Source: Planctomycetota bacterium (lineage in GTDB: Bacteria; Planctomycetota; UBA1135; UBA2386). Taken from it: DNA of 64,000 bases. The position numbers and the translations under genes are program-made. The stretch lies in contig OZ245006.1 of NCBI GenBank assembly GCA_965223545.1, positions 448,001-512,000 on the forward strand, given 5' to 3'. The notes beneath the pieces were generated by a model. It ran no database searches, was not told the DNA's origin, and was given only the letters and a program-made list of their open reading frames with translations. This document shows positions 29,028-38,419 of this stretch, in pieces (position 1 is the first letter of the stretch; every line of letters begins with the position of its first letter).

Positions 29028-30164
29028 ATGTGGATCTCGATGATCGCCGTGTGCGCGAGCACGCTCTTGCCACAGGATCCGCCGCGCCCGCGCGCGGCCG
29101 ACCTGGGCTTGTCGTTCGGCGACCTTCCGCGCGGGCCGCTGAACGCGATCACCGATGTCGCCGGCGTGCGGGTGGGCCACCACACGCTGCGCCGCGGCGA
29201 TGACGTCTGCACCGGCGTCACCGTCGTGCTGCCGCACGGCGACGACCCGTTCCAACACAAGGTGCCGGCCGCGATCGAGGTCTACAACGGCTACGGCAAG
29301 CTCACCGGCATCAGTCAGGTGCGCGAGCTCGGCGAGCTCGAGAGCCCGGTCGCGCTGACCAACACGCTCAACGTGCCCCGCGTCGCCGACGCGCTGCTCG
29401 GCTGGCTGCTCGAGCAGCCGGGCAACGAGCGGGTGCGCTCGGCCAACGTGGTGGTCGGCGAGACCAACGACGGCCGCCTCAACGACATCCGCGGCCGGCA
29501 CGTCGATGCGGTGCACGTGCGCGCGGCGCTCGACGCAGCCAGCGACGGACCGGTCGCCGAGGGGACGGTGGGCGCCGGCACCGGTACCGTCTGCTTCGGC
29601 TACAAGGGCGGCATCGGCACGGCGTCGCGCCGAGCCGCCGATTTCACGGTCGGCGTCCTCGTGCAGAGCAACTTCGGTGGAACCCTCACCATCGACGGTC
29701 GCGTCGTCGGCGCGGACGCCGCGGCCGACGACGACGCGGCACCCCGCGGCGAGGGAGCGCCCGACACGGGCGGCGACCGCGACGGCTCCTGCGTGATCGT
29801 GGTCGCCACCGACGCCCCGCTCGCCGCGCGCAACCTGGGCCGCTTGGCGCGCCGCGCGTTCGCCGGCATGGCCCGCACCGGCGCTTCGTTCAGCAACGGG
29901 AGCGGTGACTACGCCATCGCGTTCAGCACCGCCACAGCACTCCGCCGCACGCCGCGCGCCGCGCTCACCGGCGCCCCGGTGCTGAGCAACGCCGCGATGA
30001 CGCCGCTGTTCATCGCCGTCGCCGACGCCACCGAGGAAGCGATCGTGAATTCACTGCTGCAGGCGACGTCGGTGCGCACCCGCTACGGCAGCGCCGACGC
30101 GCTCGACCCCGCCGCGGTAGGAGCGCCACCCAGCGGCCCTGGGTTTCGCCGCCCCGGCCGATAA
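29028..30164 (+). CDS. DmpA/P1 family aminopeptidase (self-cleaving)
   Basis: NAITDVAGVRVGH, NGYGKLTG, GAGTG..CFGYKGGIG, DG|SCVIVVATDAP, ATEEAI. Confidence 0.93.
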   Translation: MWISMIAVCASTLLPQDPPRPRAADLGLSFGDLPRGPLNAITDVAGVRVGHHTLRRGDDVCTGVTVVLPHGDDPFQHKVPAAIEVYNGYGKLTGISQVRELGELESPVALTNTLNVPRVADALLGWLLEQPGNERVRSANVVVGETNDGRLNDIRGRHVDAVHVRAALDAASDGPVAEGTVGAGTGTVCFGYKGGIGTASRRAADFTVGVLVQSNFGGTLTIDGRVVGADAAADDDAAPRGEGAPDTGGDRDGSCVIVVATDAPLAARNLGRLARRAFAGMARTGASFSNGSGDYAIAFSTATALRRTPRAALTGAPVLSNAAMTPLFIAVADATEEAIVNSLLQATSVRTRYGSADALDPAAVGAPPSGPGFRRPGR

Positions 30165-30176
30165 GATCGGCGTTCG

Positions 30177-32420
30177 GTGTCCGTTGCAGCTTCGCCCACC
30201 GCAGACCGCCGTCCGCTGCAGGATGTCCGCGCCGACGCCGTCGCCGGCCTGACGATCGCGGTGATGGGCGTGCCGCAGGCGATGGCGTACGCGCTGATCG
30301 CCGGCTTGCCGCCGGTGTACGGGCTCTACACCGCCATGGTCACCTGCGTGGTCGCGGCGCTGATCGGCAGCTCCAACCACCTGGTCACCGGACCGACCAA
30401 CGCGCTGTGCATGGTGATCTTGAGCCTCACCGCGCACCTGCCCGCGAAGTACGGGGTCAGCCTGGTCGAGTGCGTGCTGTGGCTGACGTTTCTCACCGGC
30501 GCCATCCAGCTCGGCCTCGGCGCGCTGCGCCTGGGTGGCATCGTCCGCTACGTCAGCAACTCCGTCGTCGTCGGCTTCACCGCCGGAGCGGGGATTCTCA
30601 TCGCCCTCAACCAGCTGAAGAACCTGCTCGGCATCGACCTCACCGGGGCGCATGCCGAGCGCAGCTACGAGGTGCTGTGGGCCACGATCCGCCACGCCGG
30701 GGGCACCAACCCGTACGCGCTGGGGATCGGCGTCGTCACCATGGCGATCGTGCTGCTCGCGCCGCGCGTGCACCACAAGCTGCCGGGCGCGCTGTTGGGA
30801 GTGGTCATCACCGGCCTGCTCTGCTGGTGGCTCGGCTGGCACGACCAGGACATGGGGGCGTGGCGCGTGCAGATCGTGCGCGACATCCAGCCCATCGAGG
30901 GCAGCCTGGCGCTGTTCCACGTCCCGCAGCTGTTGACGGCGCCCGACTACGAGCTGACCCGCGAGCTCGGCACCGGCGCGCTCGCGCTGGCGCTGTTGGG
31001 CTTGGTGGAGGCGGCCTCGATCGCGCGCGCGGTGGCGGCCTCTTCGGGGCAGCGCATCGACTTCTCGCGCGAGTTCATCGGCCAGGGCGCGGGCAACCTG
31101 GTCGGCTCGTTCTTCTCGTGCTTCGCCGGTTCGGGCTCGTTCACCCGCACCGCGGTCTGCTACCAGGCCGGTGGCCGCACGCGGATGGCGGCGGTCTTCT
31201 CCGCGATCTGGACCGGGCTCGCCCTGGTGCTGCTCGGTGGGATCGCCAACCACATCCCCAAGCCGGCGCTGGCCGGCATCCTGGTCGTGGTCGCGTTCTC
31301 GATGATCGAGAAGCACCGCCTGATGCTGTCTTGGCGGTCGGGCCGGGGACCGCGGATGGTGCTGTGCGGCACCCTGGTTTCGACCCTGATCCTGCCGCTC
31401 GAGTTCGCCATCTTCGTCGGCGTGTTCCTGTCCTTGATGGTCGTGCTGCGGACGACCGGCAAGACCGATCTGACCCAGCTCGTGCCCCGGCACGACTCGG
31501 GCTTCGACGAGCTGCCGTTCAGCCGGGCCGCGCCCTCGCCAGTGGTCACGGTCAACCTCGAGGGCGACCTCTACTTCGCCGCGGCGGACGACCTCGACCA
31601 CGAGCTACTGCGCTGCATCACGCCACAGACCAAGGTCATCGTCCTGCGCATGAAACGGCTGCGCGCCGTCGGCAGCACCGCGATGGCGATGCTCGAGCAC
31701 TTCTGGCAGCTGCTCCGCGACCGGCACATCACCCTCGTCGTCTGCGGCATCGAGGACGAGCTCCAACAAGTTCTGACCGGCTCCGGACTGCGGAAGAGGA
31801 TCGGTGAACAGAACATCTTCTACGCCGACAACAAGCTGTTCCAGTCGACCGAGCTCGCGCTGGCGCGCGCCTGGAGCATCGTCGAGCGACAGCGGCAGCA
31901 CAGCGAGGTCGCCGAGACCCAACCGCCCGCAACCGGCATCACCGCCGCCGACCTGATGACGCGGCGCTGCATCCGGTTCGGCAACGAGCACCAGCTGCGC
32001 GAAGCCGTGTGGCTGATGTCCGAGCTGCACAAGCACACCGGGGCAATCGCACCGCAGCCGCTCTTCCTGCAGGACCGCGAGGCCCGCCTCGGCGGCGAGC
32101 TGTCGCCGTGGCGGCTGCTCGAAGCCCTCGCCGCCGGCGCGCGCGACGCCGACGCGGCCACCCTCGACGACGAGGCCCTCGGCGCCCGGCTGCGGCGCGA
32201 TTTCACCCGGCCGATCCGCGACATCGCGCGCCGCGACCTGCCGCAACTGCGCGGTGAGACGTCGCTCGCCGATCTGCTCGAGGTGACGCTGCGCGACCGC
32301 CTGCAGGTGCTGCCGATCTGCGACGCCGACGGTCGAATCCACGGCCTCGTCACCGCCGATCAGCTGCTCGCCGGCCTGCACCGCGCCCTGCGCGAACAAC
32401 GGGAGGCCAGCAATGCCTGA
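30177..32420 (+). CDS. SulP family anion transporter with STAS and C-terminal CBS domains
   Basis: PQAMAYALIAGLPPVYGLY, GPTN, GSFTRT; STAS GDLYFAA; CBS-like tail. Confidence 0.93.
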   Translation: MSVAASPTADRRPLQDVRADAVAGLTIAVMGVPQAMAYALIAGLPPVYGLYTAMVTCVVAALIGSSNHLVTGPTNALCMVILSLTAHLPAKYGVSLVECVLWLTFLTGAIQLGLGALRLGGIVRYVSNSVVVGFTAGAGILIALNQLKNLLGIDLTGAHAERSYEVLWATIRHAGGTNPYALGIGVVTMAIVLLAPRVHHKLPGALLGVVITGLLCWWLGWHDQDMGAWRVQIVRDIQPIEGSLALFHVPQLLTAPDYELTRELGTGALALALLGLVEAASIARAVAASSGQRIDFSREFIGQGAGNLVGSFFSCFAGSGSFTRTAVCYQAGGRTRMAAVFSAIWTGLALVLLGGIANHIPKPALAGILVVVAFSMIEKHRLMLSWRSGRGPRMVLCGTLVSTLILPLEFAIFVGVFLSLMVVLRTTGKTDLTQLVPRHDSGFDELPFSRAAPSPVVTVNLEGDLYFAAADDLDHELLRCITPQTKVIVLRMKRLRAVGSTAMAMLEHFWQLLRDRHITLVVCGIEDELQQVLTGSGLRKRIGEQNIFYADNKLFQSTELALARAWSIVERQRQHSEVAETQPPATGITAADLMTRRCIRFGNEHQLREAVWLMSELHKHTGAIAPQPLFLQDREARLGGELSPWRLLEALAAGARDADAATLDDEALGARLRRDFTRPIRDIARRDLPQLRGETSLADLLEVTLRDRLQVLPICDADGRIHGLVTADQLLAGLHRALREQREASNA

Positions 32421-32943
32421 GCCGTTGACTGCCGGCGATCTCATGCTCACCGATGTCGCGCACATCGAGGCCGACCGCACCTTGGGCGAAGCTCTCGACG
32501 CGCTGTTGGCGCTGCAGGAGCACCAAGGTCGCCCCGCCGCGCTGGCGGTGGTGACTGCCGATGGCGGCTTCGACGGCTTGGTCACCGCGCCGCTCCTGCT
32601 CCGCAGTCTGTTGACGCTGTGGCAACCCCACAAGAGCCTGCGGGAAGACCCCACCGCCCTGCAGCGCGAGCTGCTGAACGTCGTCTCCGACCGCTCGACC
32701 TGCCGGGTGCACGACACCCTGGTCCGCGGCTTGCCCACCGTGACTCGCGGGGCGCGCTTGCTGGAGCTGATCGATGCCGGCTGCGAGCACCGCCTGGCCT
32801 ACATCCCGGTGGTCGAGGCGGGCCGTCTCCTGGGTCTGGTGCCGATCTCCGCGGTGTTTCAAGCCACCGCCGGCGTCGCGCTGACGCCGGAACTGATGGG
32901 GTTTCGCACCGACCGCGACGCAGCCGGCGACGAGAGCACCTGA
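32413..32943 (+). CDS. CBS domain protein
   Basis: TAGDLM...GLVT, IPVVEAGRLLGLV; overlaps the SulP stop. Confidence 0.85.
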   Translation: MPEPLTAGDLMLTDVAHIEADRTLGEALDALLALQEHQGRPAALAVVTADGGFDGLVTAPLLLRSLLTLWQPHKSLREDPTALQRELLNVVSDRSTCRVHDTLVRGLPTVTRGARLLELIDAGCEHRLAYIPVVEAGRLLGLVPISAVFQATAGVALTPELMGFRTDRDAAGDEST

Positions 32944-32948
32944 TCCGG

Positions 32949-33380
32949 TCAGGCCTCGTGCCGCTGGCGCTCCGCCCGGCTGAGACGGCGCACCGCCGTC
33001 TCGAGCAGCAGGAGAGTGGTCTGCGGGCTGTCCATCAAGAATTGCCGGAACGCGTCGGCGTCGATGCGCAACAGCACCGCGGCGTCCGCGGCGACGACGC
33101 GCGCGCTGCGCACGCCGCCGGTGAACATCGCGTACTCACCGAATACCGCCCCCGCTTCGAACACGCTGATCAGATTGCCTTCGGCGCTCAAGCGCGCGCG
33201 CAGGGTCCCGTCGATCACGACGAACACTTCAGTCTGCGCATCGCCGGTGTCGAACACGACCTCTCCGGCGGCGAAGGAAACCGGCGTAGCGGCGGCGGCG
33301 AGCGCGGCCAACGCCGCATCGCTGCCGATGGCGAGCGCCGGGCTCTGCCGCAGCGCGTCCAAAATGGAATCGGTGTTCAT
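32949..33380 (-). CDS. Stand-alone cyclic-nucleotide-binding domain protein
   Basis: FAAGEVVFDTGD, FGEYAMF...RSARV. Confidence 0.85.
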   Translation of the reverse strand: MNTDSILDALRQSPALAIGSDAALAALAAAATPVSFAAGEVVFDTGDAQTEVFVVIDGTLRARLSAEGNLISVFEAGAVFGEYAMFTGGVRSARVVAADAAVLLRIDADAFRQFLMDSPQTTLLLLETAVRRLSRAERQRHEA

Positions 33381-33483
33381 CGGGCCCTCGACCGGGAGGC
33401 TGTGGGGCGCGCGATCGTAACGCCGGGCGACGTTCGATGCCGCGCGGCTGCGCGATTGTCCGACCACCCCGCCGCATGCGGCG

Positions 33484-33759
33484 TCACGGGCCGGTGCCGA
33501 AGCGGCGCGCGGAACGGGCCCGTGCCTTGGCGGCCTCGACGTCCCGATCGCGCGGCGAGGCCGAGGTCACCAAGCCACCGATCAGGGTCTTGGCAGCCGC
33601 GGTGACCTCGGCAACCGCGGCGTCGAACACCGGCTGATTGGCGGAAGAGGGCTTCTGGAAGCCGCTCAGCTTGCGCACGAACTGCAGGGCCGCGGCGGCG
33701 ACTTCGTCGTCGGTGGCAGGCGGCTCGAAGTTGAACAGAGTCTTGATGTTCCGGCACAC
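33484..33759 (-). CDS. DUF2277 family protein
   Basis: MCRNIKTLFNFEPPATDDEV...QFVRKLSG; GTG start at 33759. Confidence 0.88.
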   Translation of the reverse strand: MCRNIKTLFNFEPPATDDEVAAAALQFVRKLSGFQKPSSANQPVFDAAVAEVTAAAKTLIGGLVTSASPRDRDVEAAKARARSARRFGTGP

Positions 33760-35042
33760 GCTCCCATCGTAGCGAGGCCGGACGCGGGGCGCGGCGCGGC
33801 GAACGCGATCCGACCGCCGACGATCGTGCACAGCACGGCGGAGAACGCGCCGAGGTCCCGCCGTGGATCACCGCGCACGACGACCAGGTCGGCCAGCGCA
33901 CCCGGCGCGACCCGGCCGCGTTCCGGGGCGCCGAAGTGCGCGGCGGGGGCGGTGGTGAGCGAAGTCAGAATGGCGTCCGGCTCCATCCCCGCGGCCGCCA
34001 TCGCCGCCAGCTCGACCGCGGGGGTCACCGGCAACGCGCCGTGGTCGTTGCCGAACAGCACCCGGCCGCCGACCGCGCGCCAAGCGCGCACCTGCTCGGC
34101 CGCGTCGCGGCCGAGCGACCGCCCTCCGCCGACCCCGGGCAGCGCCCACATGCCGAGCGTGGGGATCAGCGCCACCTGCCCACGGCCGGCGGCTTCGAGC
34201 ACCGCCGGAGCGAGGGCTCCGCCGACCGGCGCGGTGTGCGCGACGACGGCGACGCCCGCCGCCACGGCCATCTGCACGTCGGCGGCAGTCTCCGGATGCG
34301 CGAACACGGGCACGCCACCGGCCCGCGCACGGCGCACCACCGCCGCGACCGCAGCGGGCGAGAACGGTACCTCTCGTGCGCGCAGGTGCACCTTGATGCC
34401 GTCGACACCGGCGTGCAACAGCCCGTCCGTCGCCCTCTCCGCATCACGAGGGCCACGGATCTCCGGGACGTCGAACACCATGAAGCCCCACGACCGCAGC
34501 TGGTCGGGCGCCGGCATTGCACCCGGCGCGACCAACGCTTCGCCCGTGGTGAGAATCCGCGGCCCGACGATCTCGCCGGCCTCGACGCGCTCCCGCAGCG
34601 CTCGCGTGTTGGCGCACATCGAGCCCAGGTCGAACACGGTCGTGAACCCGTGCCGGGTGGTGGCCGCCCGCAGGGTCTCCTCCAGCGCGGCCGCCGGCTG
34701 CCGTCCCGCCTCGGCCCATCGCTGGGAAAAGAAATGGACGTGGCTGTTCCAGAAGCCCGCCAACACGGTGGCGCCGCGGCAGTCGATACGGCGGGCATCC
34801 GGTGGGATCGGCACGGCGCTGGCGGGACCGACGGCTTCGATGCGGTCGCCGCGCACCAGCACGACCGCGTCTTGCACCACCCGTGCGCCGGGCGCGGGGA
34901 TCACCGCCCCGCCCACCAAGGCGATCCACTCCGTCTTGCCCGGCGGCACCGCTCCACACCCGCAACAACCGACCGCCAAGCCCCACCGAGCGAGCGCTCG
35001 CCAGCGCCCGGCAACCCCGCCACAAGCCGCGCCGGTCCGCAT
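33666..35042 (-). CDS. Metal-dependent amidohydrolase
   Basis: NSHVH, GFTTVFDLG, GPRILTTG, AH motifs, GRVAPGALADLVVV. Start uncertain; the 3' tail overlaps the DUF2277 gene. Confidence 0.85.
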   Translation of the reverse strand: MRTGAACGGVAGRWRALARWGLAVGCCGCGAVPPGKTEWIALVGGAVIPAPGARVVQDAVVLVRGDRIEAVGPASAVPIPPDARRIDCRGATVLAGFWNSHVHFFSQRWAEAGRQPAAALEETLRAATTRHGFTTVFDLGSMCANTRALRERVEAGEIVGPRILTTGEALVAPGAMPAPDQLRSWGFMVFDVPEIRGPRDAERATDGLLHAGVDGIKVHLRAREVPFSPAAVAAVVRRARAGGVPVFAHPETAADVQMAVAAGVAVVAHTAPVGGALAPAVLEAAGRGQVALIPTLGMWALPGVGGGRSLGRDAAEQVRAWRAVGGRVLFGNDHGALPVTPAVELAAMAAAGMEPDAILTSLTTAPAAHFGAPERGRVAPGALADLVVVRGDPRRDLGAFSAVLCTIVGGRIAFAAPRPASGLATMGACAGTSRLCSTSSRLPPTTKSPPRPCSSCAS

Positions 35043-35104
35043 ACCGCGCGCACGATAGGGCTGCCCGGGATCTCGGCAAAGAGCACGCTGTCGCGAGTTT
35101 CTCC

Positions 35105-35147
35105 GACAGCTGTAGGAATACGACGGCCACAACCTCTTACATCTGTA
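35105..35147. promoter_or_regulatory. Two BlaI/MecI/CopY-type operators in the divergent promoter region
   Basis: GACAGCTGTA (35105-35114) and TACATCTGTA (35138-35147), each followed by GGA; they match the TACA-N2-TGTA box (first has one mismatch). Confidence 0.8.
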
Positions 35148-35182
35148 GGACCAAACTCTCCTTTCGACCCCGAACCAGCAGC

Positions 35183-37990
35183 ATGAGAAGCACAGCCAAC
35201 ATCCTGGCGACCTGCACCGCCCTCGCCATCGCGGCCCGCGCACCGGCGCAAGCCATCGACTGGCAACTTACCGAGCTGCGGACCCGCTCCGGCGCAGCCG
35301 TCGACGGAGCGCAGCGCGGCCAGCTGCGCGTACCTCAGATGCACGGCGCGAGCGACGGACCGCAACTGCAGCTGGCGCTGTTGCGGCTACCGAGCACCTC
35401 GGCAAGCCCGGGCGCCCCCATCGTCTACCTCGCCGACGATGCCAGCGACTCGGCGATCGCGCAGGCATCGGGACCGCGGTTCGCCCTGCTCGACGCCCTG
35501 CGCGCCCACGGCGACGTGATCGCGCTGGACCACCGCGGCGCCGGCGAGTCGGAGCCCCACCTGCAAGCCGCGCCGGCGGACGCGATGCCGCTCGACCGGG
35601 CCCCCGACCGCGAGGCGATGCTGGACCACTACCGCGCCTGGTTGGCACGGGCGATCGACACCATGCCCGGCGACGTCGACCTGGCCCAGTTCCACGCCGA
35701 TGCGGCGGCGGACGATCTGCAGCAGCTGCGCCGCGCGCTCGGCGTCGAGCGGCTCAGGCTGCTCGGCATGGGCTACGGCGCCCACGTCGGCCTGGCGATG
35801 CTGCGGCGCCACCCCGACGCGATCGAGCGCATCGTGCTGGCCGGCCCGCGGGGGCCGGATCAGCTCATCGGACTGCCCTCCACGCTGGAGGCCGGGCTCG
35901 ACCACGCGGCGCGCCTGCTGGCCGCCGACCCGGCAACGGCACGGTTGCTGCCAGACCTGCGCCAGGACGTGGCGCGGCTGCGCGACCGGCTCGCGCAAAC
36001 CCCCGCCACCGCCCGCGCGGTCGACCCGCGGTCCGGCGACGCCGTCTCGATCCGCATCGGCGCCTTCGACCTGCAGATGGTGGTCGCCATGCTCGTCGGG
36101 CGTCGCGACGCGCTGCCGCACTTGCCCGCGCTGCTGCTGCCGATGCGCGACGGCGACTTCGACGGCATCGCTCCCCTCGTCCTACGCCTGCGGCGCCACA
36201 CGCCCGCACTGTTACAGCTGGTCGTCACCGCCGCGGCGCACGCCAGCCCAGCGCGGCTGCAGCAGTTGGCTGCGCAGCGGCCGGAGGCACTCCTCGGCGG
36301 CGTGCACGCGTTCCCCCATCCGGACCTGAACGCGTCGATCGGCGTCCCGGCGCTGCCCGCCGCGAGCCGCGCCGCCCCGCGCTCTCCAGTGCCGACGCTG
36401 TTCATCAGCGGCACGCTCGACCTGCGCGCCCCGCCGGCCGCCGTTGAGCAGCTGATGCGCGGCTTTCCCCGTAGTGAACACGTGATCGTCGAGGGCGCCG
36501 GTCACGACAACGCGCTCCTCGTCGGCGATCCAGCGATCGCGAACGCGATCGACGCGTTTCTGCGCGGCCAGCCACCCGCGCGACGCCGCATCGTGCTGCC
36601 GCCGCTCGAGTTCGTCCTGCCGCCGCCCAGCGCGATGCCCGCACAGCAACTGCTCATCGAGCACGCCCGCGTTCTCGAGCCGAGCGGCGGCCACTGGCGT
36701 GAGGATCACACGGTCGTCATGCGAGGCGAACGCATCGTGTGCATCGCGCCCAGCGGCACGGTGGCGGAGTCCGCCGAGGGCAGGCGCATCGACGCCGCCG
36801 GAAACTACGTGATCCCCGGCCTGATCGACTTGCACGTGCACTTGAGCAAGCTGCGCCGGCCGGCGCTGCCCCTGTTCGTCTACCACGGCGTCACCGGGGT
36901 TCGCGACCTGGGCGGTGAGCTGGACGAGGTGCGGCGTTGGCAGCGCGCGATCGCGGCGGGCTCGTTGACCGGGCCGCGCATCTGGACCGTTGGCGCCTAC
37001 CTCGAGCATCCCGCCAACATCGAGCGCATGCTGCGCGAAGACGTGGTCGAGCCAGTCGAACGCGCCCGGATCGGCGTGCGCGACCCCGGCCACGCCGCCG
37101 AGGTCGTGGCCGGCCTCGCCGCGCGCGGCGTCGACGGCATCAAGGTGCGCACCTTCGCGGACAAGGCGACCTACTTCGCGATCGCCGAAGCCGCGGCCGG
37201 GCACGGCTTGCCGCTGTACGGCCACGCCCAGCAGCTGTCCGCCGAGGACGTGCTCCGTGCAGGACAGCGCTCGATCGAGCACGGCTTCCTGCCGCCCCTG
37301 GCGGCGCGGTCCGCGGCCGACCGCGCCGCGCTCGCGCGCGCGCTGGCCGACGCAGGGGTCGCGCTGGTTCCGACGCTGGCGGCGTGGGAGCACTCGATCC
37401 TGGTGCCGCGAGACACCGTCGACGCGATCGTCGCCGGCACGGCGCCGGGGCGCCACGGCCTCCGCCCCCTGGTCGCCGCGTTCACGATCGCCGACTGGCG
37501 GGAGCAGGCCGCCGAACGCACCGACGGCGCCATGCGCGTCTACCGCTCGATGCTGCCGCACTACATGCAAGACGTCCGTCTTCTGCTCGCCGCCGGCGTG
37601 GCGGTGCTTCCGGGTTCCGATTGCGGCGTCCTGCTGATGCAGCCGGGTGCCAGCCTGCACGACGAGCTCGCCCTGTTCGTCCGCGACCTCGGCATGAGCC
37701 CCGGGACGGCGCTCCGCGCCGCGACGGCGGACGCGGCCGCGTTCCTCGGCGCCGGCCACCGCGGCGGCCGCCTGCTGCCCGGTGGCCGCGCCGACCTGGT
37801 CGTCCTCGGCGCCGATCCGCTGGCCGACATCGCGGCATTGGCGGACATCGAGGCGGTGGTGGTCGGCGGCCGCTGGCTGGGCCCGGACGAACGGGCCGCG
37901 CTGCTCGAGGAGGTGCGCGCGATGCCGGAGCTGACCGAGAACGACTGGCACAAGCCGGCGCGCGACGCTGCCAAGGGGCGCCGCCCTTGA
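35183..37990 (+). CDS. Secreted fusion: TAP-like alpha/beta-hydrolase domain (degenerate active site) plus amidohydrolase
   Basis: Signal peptide; DHRGAGES, GMGYG at the nucleophile elbow, SGTLD, GAGH; then PGLIDLHVH, GVTGVRDLG, SIEH, GSD, ADLVVL. Confidence 0.88.
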   Translation: MRSTANILATCTALAIAARAPAQAIDWQLTELRTRSGAAVDGAQRGQLRVPQMHGASDGPQLQLALLRLPSTSASPGAPIVYLADDASDSAIAQASGPRFALLDALRAHGDVIALDHRGAGESEPHLQAAPADAMPLDRAPDREAMLDHYRAWLARAIDTMPGDVDLAQFHADAAADDLQQLRRALGVERLRLLGMGYGAHVGLAMLRRHPDAIERIVLAGPRGPDQLIGLPSTLEAGLDHAARLLAADPATARLLPDLRQDVARLRDRLAQTPATARAVDPRSGDAVSIRIGAFDLQMVVAMLVGRRDALPHLPALLLPMRDGDFDGIAPLVLRLRRHTPALLQLVVTAAAHASPARLQQLAAQRPEALLGGVHAFPHPDLNASIGVPALPAASRAAPRSPVPTLFISGTLDLRAPPAAVEQLMRGFPRSEHVIVEGAGHDNALLVGDPAIANAIDAFLRGQPPARRRIVLPPLEFVLPPPSAMPAQQLLIEHARVLEPSGGHWREDHTVVMRGERIVCIAPSGTVAESAEGRRIDAAGNYVIPGLIDLHVHLSKLRRPALPLFVYHGVTGVRDLGGELDEVRRWQRAIAAGSLTGPRIWTVGAYLEHPANIERMLREDVVEPVERARIGVRDPGHAAEVVAGLAARGVDGIKVRTFADKATYFAIAEAAAGHGLPLYGHAQQLSAEDVLRAGQRSIEHGFLPPLAARSAADRAALARALADAGVALVPTLAAWEHSILVPRDTVDAIVAGTAPGRHGLRPLVAAFTIADWREQAAERTDGAMRVYRSMLPHYMQDVRLLLAAGVAVLPGSDCGVLLMQPGASLHDELALFVRDLGMSPGTALRAATADAAAFLGAGHRGGRLLPGGRADLVVLGADPLADIAALADIEAVVVGGRWLGPDERAALLEEVRAMPELTENDWHKPARDAAKGRRP

Positions 37991-38008
37991 CGCGGCCGAC
38001 GAGACCTC

Positions 38009-38018
38009 TACAAGTGTA
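38009..38018. promoter_or_regulatory. BlaI-type operator immediately upstream of the repressor gene
   Basis: TACAAGTGTA followed by GGA, 5 nt before the GTG start at 38024. Confidence 0.82.
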
Positions 38019-38023
38019 GGATC

Positions 38024-38419
38024 GTGCCCACGCAGCACCTGGCCGACGGCGAGCTCGCCGTACTGAAAGCGCTCTGGCAGCTCGGACCGTCGCCGGTGCG
38101 CACCGTGCAGGAGCTGCTCGCCGAGCAGGGCCAAGACCTGGCGTACACCACGGTGCAGACCGTGCTTTCGCGGCTGACGGCGAAAGAGTTGGTCGACTGC
38201 GACAAGAGCGAGACTCCGCACCGGTTTCGCGCCACGGTCAGCCGAGAGCGGTTTCGCAAGGACCGCGTGCGCGATGTTCTGCACAAGGTCTTCGACGGCG
38301 CAGCCGGCACTTTTGCGCTGCAGCTGGTGCAGCAGGGCAAGCTGACCGCGACCGAGATCGACGCGTTGCAGAACGTGTTGGACGAGCTCGTCAAGGGCAA
38401 GAAGCGCCGGCGGCGATGA
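38024..38419 (+). CDS. BlaI/MecI/CopY family transcriptional repressor
   Basis: ELAVLKALW, LAYTTVQTVLSRL..K, VFDG, LTATEI. Confidence 0.95.
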   Translation: MPTQHLADGELAVLKALWQLGPSPVRTVQELLAEQGQDLAYTTVQTVLSRLTAKELVDCDKSETPHRFRATVSRERFRKDRVRDVLHKVFDGAAGTFALQLVQQGKLTATEIDALQNVLDELVKGKKRRRR

